From IMG/VR virus record IMGVR_UViG_3300032931_000857: 64,000 nt of DNA. One strand, given 5' to 3'. Made by a program: the position numbers and the translations under genes. Shown piece after piece: positions 31,788 to 43,713 of this stretch. How positions within the stretch are numbered: position 1 is the first letter of the stretch; each line of letters starts with the position of its first letter. The notes below the pieces were generated by a model. That model did not search any database. It saw only the letters and a program-made list of their open reading frames with translations, and had not been told where the DNA came from. This DNA comes from an uncultured virus (IMG/VR IMGVR_UViG_3300032931_000857). Taxonomy: Duplodnaviria; Heunggongvirae; Uroviricota; Caudoviricetes.

Positions 31788-32469
31788 TTATTTTTGTAAA
31801 GTAATTCCAATTAACTGCGCTTCATCTATTCCGCATTCGATAGGAAACGGAAGCCTATCTCCAACATGCCAATCCGTTTCCCACGCTTTCCAATATATAA
31901 TTTCCAAACACTTAGAAAATTTTTTTATCCATTCATCAACTTCTTGTTGATATATTGTAAAACACCCATTAGTCTTAACTTTATTTTTATTACAAATATA
32001 TCCTCTAACTGATAAATCTTTTTTTTTCTTTACTAAAACCAGCAGTAATAACAGCAAGTCCATTATTTTTTAATATTCTATGAATATTATTAATAGCCAA
32101 TAAATGATCATAACATAATTGTATAACATTAATACAGAAAACTGCATTAAATTCATTTGACAAAAGTTTTGTTTCACAAATATCATCTTTTATAATTCTA
32201 TCAGCATTTGGCCCGACATCTATAATAACAACATTATAATTCATATATTGTAATATTTGTGGAAAAACATAAAATGGACCTGGACCAATATCCAATATTT
32301 TTTCTCTTTTTCCACTTTTAATATATTTTAAAAATTTTAAAGCCCATGGATACTCAACAGCTCTTTCTATATTATGATTATTACTAAACGATCTATAACC
32401 ACAATAATCATTTCCAAATTGAGCAGTTCTTGGTGTGCCCGTATAATTTATTAAACATTGGTATGGCAT
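31788..32469 (-). pseudogene. SAM-dependent methyltransferase split by a frameshift in an A9 tract
   Basis: ILDIGPG..IHRILKNNG in 32005-32469; removing one A at 32019-32027 joins it in frame to the 31788 ORF. Confidence 0.6.
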
Positions 32470-33044
32470 TTGTGTAACTCATAAAATTCTTGTTCAAGTG
32501 GATCTTTACTGTCTATATATAATGATAACCCTTTTATGTTGGCAAGTTTGGTTAATAATTTATTATGATTATCAATTCCAAAAAATATTTTTTTTTCATG
32601 AAATTGAACAAATAATTTATTTATTAAATTAATACTTCCATCATTAATACATTTATTTAAAACATTATATTCAGCCCCTTCAATATTCATTTGTATAATA
32701 ATATAATCATTAATAGTAAAATTATTTTTTAACCATAAACTAAAATCTATAGTATCAACTTTTATAGGATTATTTTTATCAAGAGATCCTGTAATTTTTT
32801 CTTTAATAATGGAAGACCCGCATTGTTTATTAGTATTTTTTGTATTTATATAAAAATCAATAACACCATTAGATGTCCAAACAGCCTTTTTAATAAAAAT
32901 AATATTATCATAATAATTTGATTGAGTTAATCTTGGATTTGGATCAAATGCATAAATTTTAAAATCATTAGAGTAATAATCACTTTTCATAAATTTTCTT
33001 ATTGTTCCACCTTCGTATGATCCACAATCAATATATACTTTCAT
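32451..33044 (-). CDS. FkbM-family methyltransferase
   Basis: YIDCGSYEG, YAFDPNP, MNIEGAEY. Confidence 0.8.
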   Translation of the reverse strand: MKVYIDCGSYEGGTIRKFMKSDYYSNDFKIYAFDPNPRLTQSNYYDNIIFIKKAVWTSNGVIDFYINTKNTNKQCGSSIIKEKITGSLDKNNPIKVDTIDFSLWLKNNFTINDYIIIQMNIEGAEYNVLNKCINDGSINLINKLFVQFHEKKIFFGIDNHNKLLTKLANIKGLSLYIDSKDPLEQEFYELHKCHTNV

Positions 33045-33052
33045 TTTTAATC

Positions 33053-33304
33053 CTATTCTGCTAAATATGATTTATCAATCCTTTTTTCTAAATCTTTTTC
33101 ATAATCTTTATTTTCTTTCCACCAATCAGGAAAACCATTTCTATTATATTCAAGAAGTTTTTTTTCCATTTTTTTTGCCATATATTCAATTTCTATTAAT
33201 TTTGGCAATATTTCTTTATGAATTTCTTTATTTTGAAGTATATCATTAACTTCTCTAATTACTTCACATATAGTTCTAAGTTTGGATGCACTTCTTAAAC
33301 TCAT
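33053..33304 (-). CDS. Hypothetical protein
   Basis: ORF coupled within cluster. Confidence 0.55.
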   Translation of the reverse strand: MSLRSASKLRTICEVIREVNDILQNKEIHKEILPKLIEIEYMAKKMEKKLLEYNRNGFPDWWKENKDYEKDLEKRIDKSYLAE

Positions 33305-34185
33305 AAAATATGCCTTAAAACATTCATTGATACAAATTCAGGACTACAATATCTATCAACCCATTTTTTTTGTTTTTCTATAAACAAATTTCTATAACCA
33401 ACATTACATATAATTCTTTCTAAATCATCTTTAAAATTATCATAATCAGTTATAACGATAGGAGGAAATGGAAAGTATGGTTCTGTTTCAACTTCATCCA
33501 TACTTGTAATTACACAACACCTTAAACACATTCCTTCTATTCCAGATTTACCAAGTCCACCATTATATAATATATCACCTCCAAATCTTTTTTGATCAAC
33601 AAATTTATTTCCTTTTATTAATTGATCAACAAAAATATGAGCAGAACTTTTTTCTTTTATACATTGCTCATTTGATAAACCTGTTAATAATTTATATTCT
33701 ATTTTATATTCTTTTGATAATTCATTAACAATTTTTTCGATTTGGTTTGTGCCTTTCCAATTATTAGAACATTTTATTCCAGGAGAATGGCATATAACTG
33801 TTCTATCAGTTGGCTTTTCAACAATAATATTTGGACATGTTATTGTTTGATAAGCTGGAACATATTTACATCGTATAAAATTATTAAGATCTGGCATGGC
33901 ATAAACTGGTATATTATTTTTAATAACATAATCATTGCACCATTTATGTTCAATGCAAAATCTTGTATCACTAAATATAACCGATACTGATTTAAAATTT
34001 TTATCATTTAATTTACTATAAGTATCTAAACCTTTCATACCAATAATTATTAAATGATCAATTCCTTCTATTTTTTTAATTCCTATTTGAAATAATTTTG
34101 CATTTAATGCATTTGCTAAATTTTTTGAAGAAAAATATTTATTCATGTGTACAGGAGTATGACTTACTAATATTCCAATACTCAT
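33301..34185 (-). CDS. Glycosyltransferase-like protein
   Basis: ICHSP..KGT, HIFVDQL, GKSGIEGM GT-B-like motifs. Confidence 0.65.
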   Translation of the reverse strand: MSIGILVSHTPVHMNKYFSSKNLANALNAKLFQIGIKKIEGIDHLIIIGMKGLDTYSKLNDKNFKSVSVIFSDTRFCIEHKWCNDYVIKNNIPVYAMPDLNNFIRCKYVPAYQTITCPNIIVEKPTDRTVICHSPGIKCSNNWKGTNQIEKIVNELSKEYKIEYKLLTGLSNEQCIKEKSSAHIFVDQLIKGNKFVDQKRFGGDILYNGGLGKSGIEGMCLRCCVITSMDEVETEPYFPFPPIVITDYDNFKDDLERIICNVGYRNLFIEKQKKWVDRYCSPEFVSMNVLRHIL

Positions 34186-34189
34186 GATA

Positions 34190-35659
34190 CTATACCTGAT
34201 TATTAATATAAAGATCTACATGCTTATTTATTATATTTATTTTTAAATCAACTAATTTATCGAATATTTCATTATGTAAATGTTTAATAGAATCTATTTT
34301 ATTATAACTCCATTGTACTAATAATTTTTTAATTAAATAAATGGTTCCATCATTAATACATTTTTTTAAAACTTCATATTCAGCGCCAGCAATATTCATT
34401 CTTACAATTACATTATCATTTTCATTAAAATTACTACCCAACCAATTACTAAAATCAATACATGGAACCTGATATTGTTTAATTGTATTTAAATTTAAAT
34501 TTCTATTATATTTATATAAAGAAGAATTTTTTAAATTTTCCAATCTAACATCTGATAGATAATAATCTACAAATCCATCATATATCCATACAGCTTTATT
34601 AATTTTAATTATATGATTTCTATATATAGCTAACGATAAAAAAGGATTACATTCAAAAGCAAAAACTTTATAATGAAGATTTTTTAATTTAAAAGTTTTT
34701 GCGATTCCACCTTTAAAAGATCCACAATCTACAAATACATTTTTTGATTTTATATCGATATTTTTATATTTTATTTTATTTTCATTAATATCTTTTACTA
34801 ATTCTATTTTATTTTTATCAATATCTTTTACTAATTCTATTTTATTTTTATCAATATCTTTTACTAATTCTATTTTATTTTTATCAATATCTTTTATTAA
34901 CTCTATCTTATTTTTATCGATATCTTCAACTAGTTCTATTTTATTTTTAATTTCTATTAAATTTTTACTAAAATTAAAATATTTTTTCCAAAAGGCTGAC
35001 CCTCCTCCAAACTCATGTTGTATAATAGATTTTGGATTATATGGTTTCCACATGAATATATCGTCTTTAATTTCAATATTTTTAATAACGGCATTAGTAT
35101 AATGTGTTGTCATTGATAAAGCAGGCATTTCCCTACCACCACCATCTTCTTTCCAATTTTTGTTCCATTTTATAAAAAAATCAGACACATTATCATTTTT
35201 TTTAAATCCTATAAATGCCCCATAATATATACAAACAGGAGATTCAATATTAAATTTTTTAAATATACTAGTATAAGGCGATTGGCGACGAACAACATCT
35301 GAAGTTCTATAAAATCCATAATTTACTAAAAGTAAATCATTTCCTTCATCAAAATATTTAAAAACATTTTCTATGCCATAATTTTGTATTACCGCATCAC
35401 AATCAATATAAATAGTTTCATCAAATACTGAATGTAAATGCATTAATGTTTTTATTTGTCTATTAAGTTCAGTATTCAAATTAGAATATGTAAATATTGT
35501 ATTATTAATTTTTAAATAATCTGGAAGATCTTTAATATTGTATATAATCTGTATAGGAAGATTTGTAAATTGACGAGAATATGTAATTGTTTGTATTGCT
35601 AATTTATAATAATCACCAAATACTATAAATAATATTCCTCTTGTCATGATAAAATCCAA
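34190..35659 (-). CDS. GT-A glycosyltransferase fused to FkbM-like methyltransferase
   Basis: TIYIDCD (DxD) N-domain; FVDCGS..AFECNP..MNIAGAEY C-domain. Confidence 0.7.
   Translation of the reverse strand: MDFIMTRGILFIVFGDYYKLAIQTITYSRQFTNLPIQIIYNIKDLPDYLKINNTIFTYSNLNTELNRQIKTLMHLHSVFDETIYIDCDAVIQNYGIENVFKYFDEGNDLLLVNYGFYRTSDVVRRQSPYTSIFKKFNIESPVCIYYGAFIGFKKNDNVSDFFIKWNKNWKEDGGGREMPALSMTTHYTNAVIKNIEIKDDIFMWKPYNPKSIIQHEFGGGSAFWKKYFNFSKNLIEIKNKIELVEDIDKNKIELIKDIDKNKIELVKDIDKNKIELVKDIDKNKIELVKDINENKIKYKNIDIKSKNVFVDCGSFKGGIAKTFKLKNLHYKVFAFECNPFLSLAIYRNHIIKINKAVWIYDGFVDYYLSDVRLENLKNSSLYKYNRNLNLNTIKQYQVPCIDFSNWLGSNFNENDNVIVRMNIAGAEYEVLKKCINDGTIYLIKKLLVQWSYNKIDSIKHLHNEIFDKLVDLKINIINKHVDLYINNQV
34770..34950 (-). 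repeat. 33-bp tandem repeat (KIELVKDIDKN, about 5 copies) as interdomain linker
   Basis: Visible in both DNA and protein. Confidence 0.85.
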
Positions 35660-35690
35660 AAAATCCCATAGTTAAAACTATGGGATTTTT
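35659..35690. terminator. Terminator
   Basis: aaaaatcccatagtt-aa-aactatgggattttt. Confidence 0.75.
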
Positions 35691-35727
35691 ACTAATAAGT
35701 GTGTGAATTTTATACAAATATAATTAA

Positions 35728-36201
35728 TTACGTTAATGTAATATATGAAGGAGACAATGTTCTGAATATAATCCAACCTTCTGTATCATTAACCTCTTCA
35801 GCACGAGCTACAACTTCATATATTCCTGTCTCTGCTGTTTCTGCTACAGACACAAGTTTACCTTCAATGCCTGCTCCTGTGGCTACAACAAGATCATCAT
35901 TAACATTTATAGTTCCATCATATCCTTCCGAATCAACTTTACAACGAATACCATGAGATTCTATGGTAGTTACTCTACCGGCCTTTGTATCGTTATTTTC
36001 GTAAACATTGTCTGAAACTCCACTAAATACAAGTTTATTGCATTTAGCAGGAGTATCAGTAACAACGTTTTTAATAGAACCATCATCAACAACTTCAGCC
36101 CATATTCCAGGAACTGCAACGAAATTGTCAAGTTCAAACAAACGTGACACACGCTCAACTTTATTCAAAAGAGTCAATACATCTAGCATAAGTTTCTCCA
36201 A
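35728..36201 (-). CDS. Putative capsid decoration/cement protein
   Basis: Small beta-rich protein upstream of the capsid gene once the glyco-cluster is discounted. Confidence 0.45.
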   Translation of the reverse strand: MEKLMLDVLTLLNKVERVSRLFELDNFVAVPGIWAEVVDDGSIKNVVTDTPAKCNKLVFSGVSDNVYENNDTKAGRVTTIESHGIRCKVDSEGYDGTINVNDDLVVATGAGIEGKLVSVAETAETGIYEVVARAEEVNDTEGWIIFRTLSPSYITLT

Positions 36202-36250
36202 TCATTTCAATCCATATACAATGGTGAAATTATTAATAGTTAAAAAAAAA

Positions 36251-36766
36251 TTATAAAATACCATCAAATATACCACGTTTAATTCGTGATTTAGATCCTT
36301 CATTAGTACTTTGTTCAAATATTAAACTTTCACTTTCTTTATTATTTGCAAGTTTTATAGCTTCTTTTAATATTAAAAGATTATTATGATCTTTTTTCAT
36401 TAATTCAGCTACCTTTTCTTCGACATTATTATCACTAACAAGGCCATTTTTAATCATGTCATCCAATAAACATCTGATTTCAGCGGCCTTCTCTAATTCA
36501 ACAACTTGCGAATTTGAAGTTTTAAGTGTTTGTAATAAAGAATTAATACAATTTGAAGCAATCTTCATTATCTCCTGAATAGATCCATACACATTTTCAT
36601 TATATGAATATGAAGCTATTTTAAATAATCCTTCAGATATTTTTTTAGCTTCATTAAGATTAATGTTTGATGCTATTTTTTCAGTATTTTCAGTAGAATT
36701 TTTAGAAGATATAAAATCTAAAATCATTCTACCTATATTAATATCTTGTTGCATATTGATACTCAC
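36251..36766 (-). CDS. Putative scaffolding-type head protein
   Basis: Helical; multiple KxA motifs. Confidence 0.4.
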   Translation of the reverse strand: MSINMQQDINIGRMILDFISSKNSTENTEKIASNINLNEAKKISEGLFKIASYSYNENVYGSIQEIMKIASNCINSLLQTLKTSNSQVVELEKAAEIRCLLDDMIKNGLVSDNNVEEKVAELMKKDHNNLLILKEAIKLANNKESESLIFEQSTNEGSKSRIKRGIFDGIL

Positions 36767-36787
36767 AAAAATTAATTAATTTTGTGA

Positions 36788-37693
36788 TTAAATTATATTT
36801 CTACTTTTCAATACTTTTACTGCATTAACAACTGCAGGATCTTTCATAAGATTATCTATTGCCTGTTGCTCTGACGATGCTTGTTTTTCAATAGCAGAAA
36901 CCTCTTCTGTACTTTTAGCCACCATCTCAACAAGAGCATGAGCGTCTTCTCTTCCTCTATTTTCTGCATCAGCCGCATTCTTTTCAAACTCAACAACCTG
37001 ATAAGCAGCTCCAATAATATCCTGGCGCGTTAAAGGTTGACGACTTGAAATTTTTTCAAGATAATCAATATTTTCTGAAGCTGACTTTTCAATACCTTCA
37101 TCATGAATATTGTATCCTTCAAGAACACCGGCCTCTTTTAAAATTTCAAGAGCCTGAGAATATTCAGCATCTTCAGCTTGCTTTACAAGAGTATTTTGAA
37201 AAGCATATGCAATTTTTTCACCAATATTTGCAGCCTCTTCATCAATAGCTTCAGCATTAACAGGTCCTTCAATAGCAGACTTTCCTGATTCATCACCTCC
37301 ACCACCAACTGCAGCAGCGGCAACAGCTTCAGGTTCCCTGCTAAAATTATTAGCATCAGTAATTACTGAATCACCATCTGAAATAGGAAGATTTTGATCT
37401 GTAGGAGTTGCAGCGGCAGGAACTTCCCCAGCAGCTATTTCAACAGGATCTCCGCCGGAAAGAATAAGTTGATCGCCAATAACTTGATCCATAGCAGATT
37501 CAACATTAGGATCTGTACCCGCAACCGTTGTGTTGTCAGGTATTACATCTTCTGTTGAAAATCCCATTTCTTGTGCTAATTTGTCAAGAAAAGAACTTTG
37601 AATTTTTCCTGTTTTTGGATTGAGACCTGCAACTTTTTGATGACCAGCTTCTATTATTTTAACATGGTCTTCGAATGTAGTTTTTTTACTCAT
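36788..37693 (-). CDS. Acidic scaffolding-type head protein
   Basis: Many EKxA/KQA motifs; GGAGG RBS. Confidence 0.45.
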   Translation of the reverse strand: MSKKTTFEDHVKIIEAGHQKVAGLNPKTGKIQSSFLDKLAQEMGFSTEDVIPDNTTVAGTDPNVESAMDQVIGDQLILSGGDPVEIAAGEVPAAATPTDQNLPISDGDSVITDANNFSREPEAVAAAAVGGGGDESGKSAIEGPVNAEAIDEEAANIGEKIAYAFQNTLVKQAEDAEYSQALEILKEAGVLEGYNIHDEGIEKSASENIDYLEKISSRQPLTRQDIIGAAYQVVEFEKNAADAENRGREDAHALVEMVAKSTEEVSAIEKQASSEQQAIDNLMKDPAVVNAVKVLKSRNII

Positions 37694-37788
37694 ACAATTC
37701 CTCCATTAAAATTAAATGTTAAATTTTATTCTACATTAATTTATCTATTTTTTTTATTTATACAAAGCCACAATACAAATATACTAAC

Positions 37789-39633
37789 TTATTTTAGTTT
37801 TAACAACTTTTCTTTTAAATCATATTCTTTTTGTTCATTAATTACAAGTGTTTTATTTAAAAAATTATTTTTATTAATATAAGAAGACGCCTTAATTAAA
37901 CCATTTTTAATAAATTTAGATGTTTTAATAATATAAGAAGTGTCTTGATTGTATGAATTATAAATATATGCTCCAGGCAAAACTATTGCACCTAAAATCA
38001 TACCTTCAGTAATTATATTATTTTCTTTAGAAGCTTGTTTTATAAGTTTTCCAGAAAAATTAGTATTCTGCAATACATCTGAATAATTAGATGCAGGTAC
38101 TAAAGTGTCAGAAAGTTTTTCTTGATTTAATCTATTAAGAAGTAGATATAAAATTCCACCTCCAATAATTGATTTTAACCATGGTCTTTTTGCAAATTCA
38201 AAAGCCACATCTTTAGACGTGTATCCTAATGCTTTAGCCTTAAGTCCTGTGTATAATGCAGCTATTCCAGCAAGTAACGAAAGTTTTTTATTAATAGTAT
38301 ATTTTTTTTCTTCAGTCAAATCGTTAGCAACGATACCACTTTCTTTAATAATAGTATGATTTAAACGAGGTTCAAGAAATGAAGGATGAGCACTTCTTTG
38401 ATCTAAAAGACCAGATAAAATTTTTCCCAATGTGTCACTAAAATTATTTTGTGATATATCAATATTTTGTGATTGAGAATTATCGGTATAATCAAACACT
38501 TGATTATTCTCATCAAGATAATCAGCAATAGGTTTAGCGTTAATTTTAATAAGTATTATACGTTGAAATTCTTGAGGTTTAGGCTGGATACCCATTCCAA
38601 GCATTGTAGAAAATATAGTACTCAACGGAAGCGTTGGAGCAACACTATCAATAATTTCATTTGGTATTGCAGGCTCAGCAACTATAATATTTTTCATTTT
38701 TTCATCAATAGAATTTTTTAATTCTATCTTTTGATCTATTGGATTAACCTGGCCATCTATATCATCAGGGCCTAAAGCCCCAACTTCTTTATCAATTTCA
38801 CTTTTTTTTAAAACCTGAGCAAATTTATCTACCATCATATCGGTTACTCCATACGCATCCGCAAGCGCTAAAGACGATATTTTATGCAATGACGCAGCTT
38901 TTCCAAGAATATATGATATACGATCAGCTCCTATAAATACTCTCGATAAATCAAAAAATTTTGGAAAATCATTAAAGGCAAAAACCTGTTGGCCTGGAAA
39001 AATACTAACTCCTAATTCTTTAGACCATATCTGAGATAGATCATGGGTTACTATTTCTCCTATATGTAAAGCAAGGTGTTTGCAATATTCTTTACGAGTG
39101 GTTGATTTATGTTGACAAATAGAGCATCTATCAAACTTAACTTTAGCACCCATCGATACTCCTACATTGTCACCATTTTCAAGTTCTTCAATTATATCAG
39201 CACCTGTAACTGTATCAATTGCAACAATTAATTCAACACGATGTAATATAGGATTCCAATACGAATATAATACTTCTCCAAAATTCATTTTAGGATTTTT
39301 ATTACAATGATGCTTGAAAAACTTAGCATAATATTCAAAAGTTTTATAACCATAATCATTAACGGTTCCCATATCAGTTCTAAGAGATTTATGAATTAAA
39401 CCTGATTCAGGAAAAGCATCCCCATTTCTATTAGCCCCCCAAACTTCATAAGAACCAAGAGCGTTGACAACTACATAATAACGATCTGACCTACGAGTCA
39501 TATGAGTAATATAATCCATTATCTCCTGAGAATAATTTGACGCTGTTTTAGTCATTGACATCATATTATTAACAGGAATAATTAATTGCTGTCCATCATC
39601 ACCAATCGAATTATATTCAATATATTTAATCAT
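37789..39633 (-). CDS. Putative prohead protease
   Basis: NRNGDAF, FKHH, VSMGAKV..CSIC..YCKH (His/Ser catalytic pattern plus Zn knuckle). Confidence 0.6.
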   Translation of the reverse strand: MIKYIEYNSIGDDGQQLIIPVNNMMSMTKTASNYSQEIMDYITHMTRRSDRYYVVVNALGSYEVWGANRNGDAFPESGLIHKSLRTDMGTVNDYGYKTFEYYAKFFKHHCNKNPKMNFGEVLYSYWNPILHRVELIVAIDTVTGADIIEELENGDNVGVSMGAKVKFDRCSICQHKSTTRKEYCKHLALHIGEIVTHDLSQIWSKELGVSIFPGQQVFAFNDFPKFFDLSRVFIGADRISYILGKAASLHKISSLALADAYGVTDMMVDKFAQVLKKSEIDKEVGALGPDDIDGQVNPIDQKIELKNSIDEKMKNIIVAEPAIPNEIIDSVAPTLPLSTIFSTMLGMGIQPKPQEFQRIILIKINAKPIADYLDENNQVFDYTDNSQSQNIDISQNNFSDTLGKILSGLLDQRSAHPSFLEPRLNHTIIKESGIVANDLTEEKKYTINKKLSLLAGIAALYTGLKAKALGYTSKDVAFEFAKRPWLKSIIGGGILYLLLNRLNQEKLSDTLVPASNYSDVLQNTNFSGKLIKQASKENNIITEGMILGAIVLPGAYIYNSYNQDTSYIIKTSKFIKNGLIKASSYINKNNFLNKTLVINEQKEYDLKEKLLKLK

Positions 39634-39635
39634 AA

Positions 39636-42600
39636 TTACTTTTTAATAATAGGAAAAAAATTCTTACTTACTAAAGAACTTTTTGATCTTTGTAAATTTC
39701 CAATATTAATACCAGTCGTAGAATGTAAAAAACGTTTTACAATTTCTTTATTCGCATATGGCCCTTTAAGAATTGATCTTTGAATATTTTTAACAAGTTC
39801 CGAATTGGGAGGCATCGCTGTTTTAATCAACTCATCACAAAAGGAATTTCTATATATTTTATTAAATATATTCATAAAATTAACGAGTCAATCCTTTTAC
39901 CTGTTTAATATTAGTAGACTGTGGAGCACTCCCTATCAATCCTTCGATTTGTGAAATATTCTTAGATAAAGGTTTTTTTACTTCCAAACCTTTCACTTGA
40001 GATATTCTTTGGCTGAATCCACCACCTTTACTATTTAATAAAATTTTAGACAATGGACCTTTTCCCCTTATAGGATTTAATCTTTTAAAAATTTCTTGAC
40101 CTCTAAATGCTGATTGTTTATTAAGATCTTCTAAAGTCAATTTAGATATTTTACTCAATTCATCTTCAAATGATTGATTATATACTTGTTCCAATAATTT
40201 ATTCATAAAATCCGCCTTTATTTTTAAGACATTGGATTAATAATTAACTTTTGTTGTAATGGCAATTTATTAATATCATTTTTATTATTAGATAAATTCT
40301 TAATAGCTTTTAATTCTTCAAGTTGTTGTTTAAGTAAAGATTTTTTTTGTAATTCATTTATAATAGTAACAGGAGAACTTAAAATATCAAAAATAGGTTT
40401 GGCCAATATCCCAGCACCTATAACCCCAATAGTTATCTTTGGATGCTTTTTAATAATAGCAATAATATTAGAATTTTTGTCCATAATAATAATTAACCAT
40501 GAAATTCTTGACTTTTAAAACCCTCTGAATACACTCCCCTTGTAGCTCCTTCAATAGCTTTATTAATAGCTCCTGAAATAACAGGTTCACCTTCTATAGA
40601 GCCAAGGTCTTGTATTAATTTATGATCAACACCCCCAAATTGTATCATTTTATTAACTAAAGCCCCTGCCACTAAAGGATTAGCTGCTGCTTTAGGAGAA
40701 TACTGTTTTACAACATTAAAATAATCATTAACAAGTTCAGGATCTTGATCCTCTAATATTGGAACCTTTGATATCATTTCTTTTTTAGCTTTATATATTT
40801 TAAGCAATTGCATTAACGGATCAACAACAGCCTCTTTTCCAGCATAAGCTGCAGCACCTATAAGACCAATAGGAATTGCATATCTACCGGCATAATCAAC
40901 CATTTTTTGAGCAAATGGTCCAACAGGAGTTATTCCAAGAATTCTATTATATACCTGTTTTGGTTGAATTGGAATAGCTGAAATTTTTTCCAATTGTTGA
41001 TATTCATCTTGAGTAATACTACCTTTATTTAATAAACGATCTGCGGCTTCTTTAATTTTTGAATTCATTTTTTTTCCCTCACTGAGCATATGGACTAATA
41101 GTATCTGATATATTTCTGGAAGAATACGGTTGTCTATACGCAGTTGATGGTTGTAACTTAAGTTCCTGATTTGTTAATTTATTAACACCTTTATATGGAA
41201 TATCTTGTTTTTCTTGTTTTATTTTTGTTTTCATTTCATCAATAGCCATTATAGGCATCATTGAATTCATAAGAATTGATCCTATTCCAGCAGCTCTTTT
41301 TTCCATAGCATTAAAAAAATAATTTAATACATTATCCATTTATCTCATTCCTATTCTTTTTACATCAATAAGATCAGGTTGTGATAATTGCTCCTGATCT
41401 ATATTTCCAGAAAGAATATTATTTCTTAACATTGTAGTATAATTATTACCAGATAAATTTTTATTTCTATTTTTTAGATATTCAAACCCCTTATAACCGC
41501 CATATAAAGCCCCACCACCGATACCAACTTTAGCAGCTCTTCTTATAGGCGTTACTCCCCATGCCTTTCCAATCCCTGACTTCAATACAGTTCCAGCCCC
41601 TTTTAATGCAGATCCATACCATGATGATGTTTTTGCTAATTGAGAAATTTGACCTATTGGAATTAATAATTTATTCGTAGTGGAATAAACTTTATTCATA
41701 CCTTTTAATAATTTAACAACATCCTTATATCTATCTTTATTATTATTAATTTCTTGTAATTTTTTAAATGTATCTGGTAAAAAATATCCAACAACTGCGC
41801 CCGCCGCTGTCAATGGTATTAAATATTTTTTATTAAATAAAGGTTCTGATTTTATTTTAATTAATCTAGCCAGCGTTCCACCAACCAAATGAGAAGTGGC
41901 GCCAAGAGAACTCATTAAATATTTATTACTTAATAATTTATTAGGCTCTTTATTTTTAGACTCTTCAATACTTTTTTTTGAAATTTCATATGTTTTATTT
42001 GCCAAATAATCAATAACTTTATCATCAATCTTTTTGACAATACCAGACACTTCTTTATTTTTTAAAATTTTTGTAATTGGATCAACCATAATTATTTCTT
42101 TACTATTTCTTCATTAATTACCTTTTTAATAGATTGATTTAATTTAAATATATTATCAATCATTTCCTGACATGCCGCAGCCTTTTCAATACACAACATA
42201 AACTCTTTTACAGGTTTTAAAATTTCTGAATTTTTATTAATAGTTAATGATGATACTTTTGTAAATTCAGTTGAAACGATAAAGCCATCTTTAATAAGAT
42301 CTTTATGTATTAAATTATATACAGCAGCTATCTTATCAATATCAAAACCTTCAGATTTAAGATATCGAGATGATAATTTAGCTATATCCCCAATGGATTC
42401 TTTATTAAAAACCATTGATTTTGTTTGTTTAGCTATTTTTAATAATTCTTCTTTAGAGTTACGAATTTCCTGAGATTTAATACATTGCAATGTATTTACA
42501 AATTTATCAATAGAATTATTATACTGACTTAATTTTGTAAAATCATTAAGATAAGAATATTTACTTTCAGGAATTGATTCTAAAGAAATATCATTATCAT

Positions 42601-43601
42601 TAATAATGGTCATTACATTATTATGAAAATCTTCAGGTGGCATTTCATAATCATTCATATTTTTCTCACTTTGTTGAATTTCATTTTTTAAATATTCGAA
42701 ATCCGCAAGTGGAAATTGAATATTTGTTTTATCCGCAGAAGAATCATTATATATAGCAAGATAAACATTTTGATTAACCAACTCACATATTCTTTTCAAT
42801 ATTTCAAAATTATCTATCCCTCCATTATAATATACTTCTAATATAGATTCATTTAAATCTTTTTTATATATTATATAATTTTCTGAAATATCATGAGCAA
42901 TGTTTTTTATATGATCTATTAATGACATGCTAATATCCATAAGGTTCTGCTGATGTCCGTAATGGTCTTGGCATTTTAGATCCTGCATATATAGTAGTTG
43001 CCAAGGCTGTCCCACCAACTGATAATGGTAATGTTTTAGCATCATTTAAAAAAGCATGAACATAAGGATGGTGTAATTTAAATTTCTCACCTCTAGTTAA
43101 TGGCTTGACTCCTTCTTCAGCTAAAACATCGGTAGAAATATTTTGTCCTTTAACAGATCTGTTATATTCAATACGTTTTGGTTTTTTTAATACACTTGTA
43201 TCTTCAAGTTCTAAAGGTTTAAAATTAATTTCTTTTGATTGTTTTGAATTTGATCCCATAGTTATTTTATTCATTTTAGGAGTAGCTACATGAATTTTAT
43301 TAGAAGTTAATGGAGTAATGTTAGTTGTTGAAATGGAAGGGGTAGCGGCATGTAATTTAGTAGCTGAAGACGCAACCTGTTCAGGGGAAGCGCTACCAAT
43401 AGGTTTTATCAAATTAGGTCTAGCATCATTAACTTTAGATTTTAAACTTTTAAATATTTTTTTTGAATATTTAATAACCTTTGGTAAGTATTTAACTCCC
43501 AGTCTTGATAAAGCACTTCCAACCTGGCCTATAAAAGCCTCTTTTGAAAATTCATTAGTAAATGAAGTTAGTATTTGCTGATTATTTAAAAATTTTTCCA
43601 T
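39636..43601 (-). CDS. Cluster of 8 basic, Gly/Ala-rich putative internal virion proteins (39636-39875, 39880-40206, 40224-40484, 40493-41089, 41079-41339, 41340-42089, 42092-42928, 42930-43601)
   Basis: Tightly packed ORFs between protease and terminase; several carry an FxxELxKxA-type motif. Confidence 0.5.
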
Positions 43602-43713
43602 AGATATCCAAAAAATTTAATATCTACTATTGTATTTATATATATTATAATATAATATATTTAATAAGCAAGTATTTTAATTTTATTTAAATAAGTTAAA
43701 CAAGGAGAGTTAA

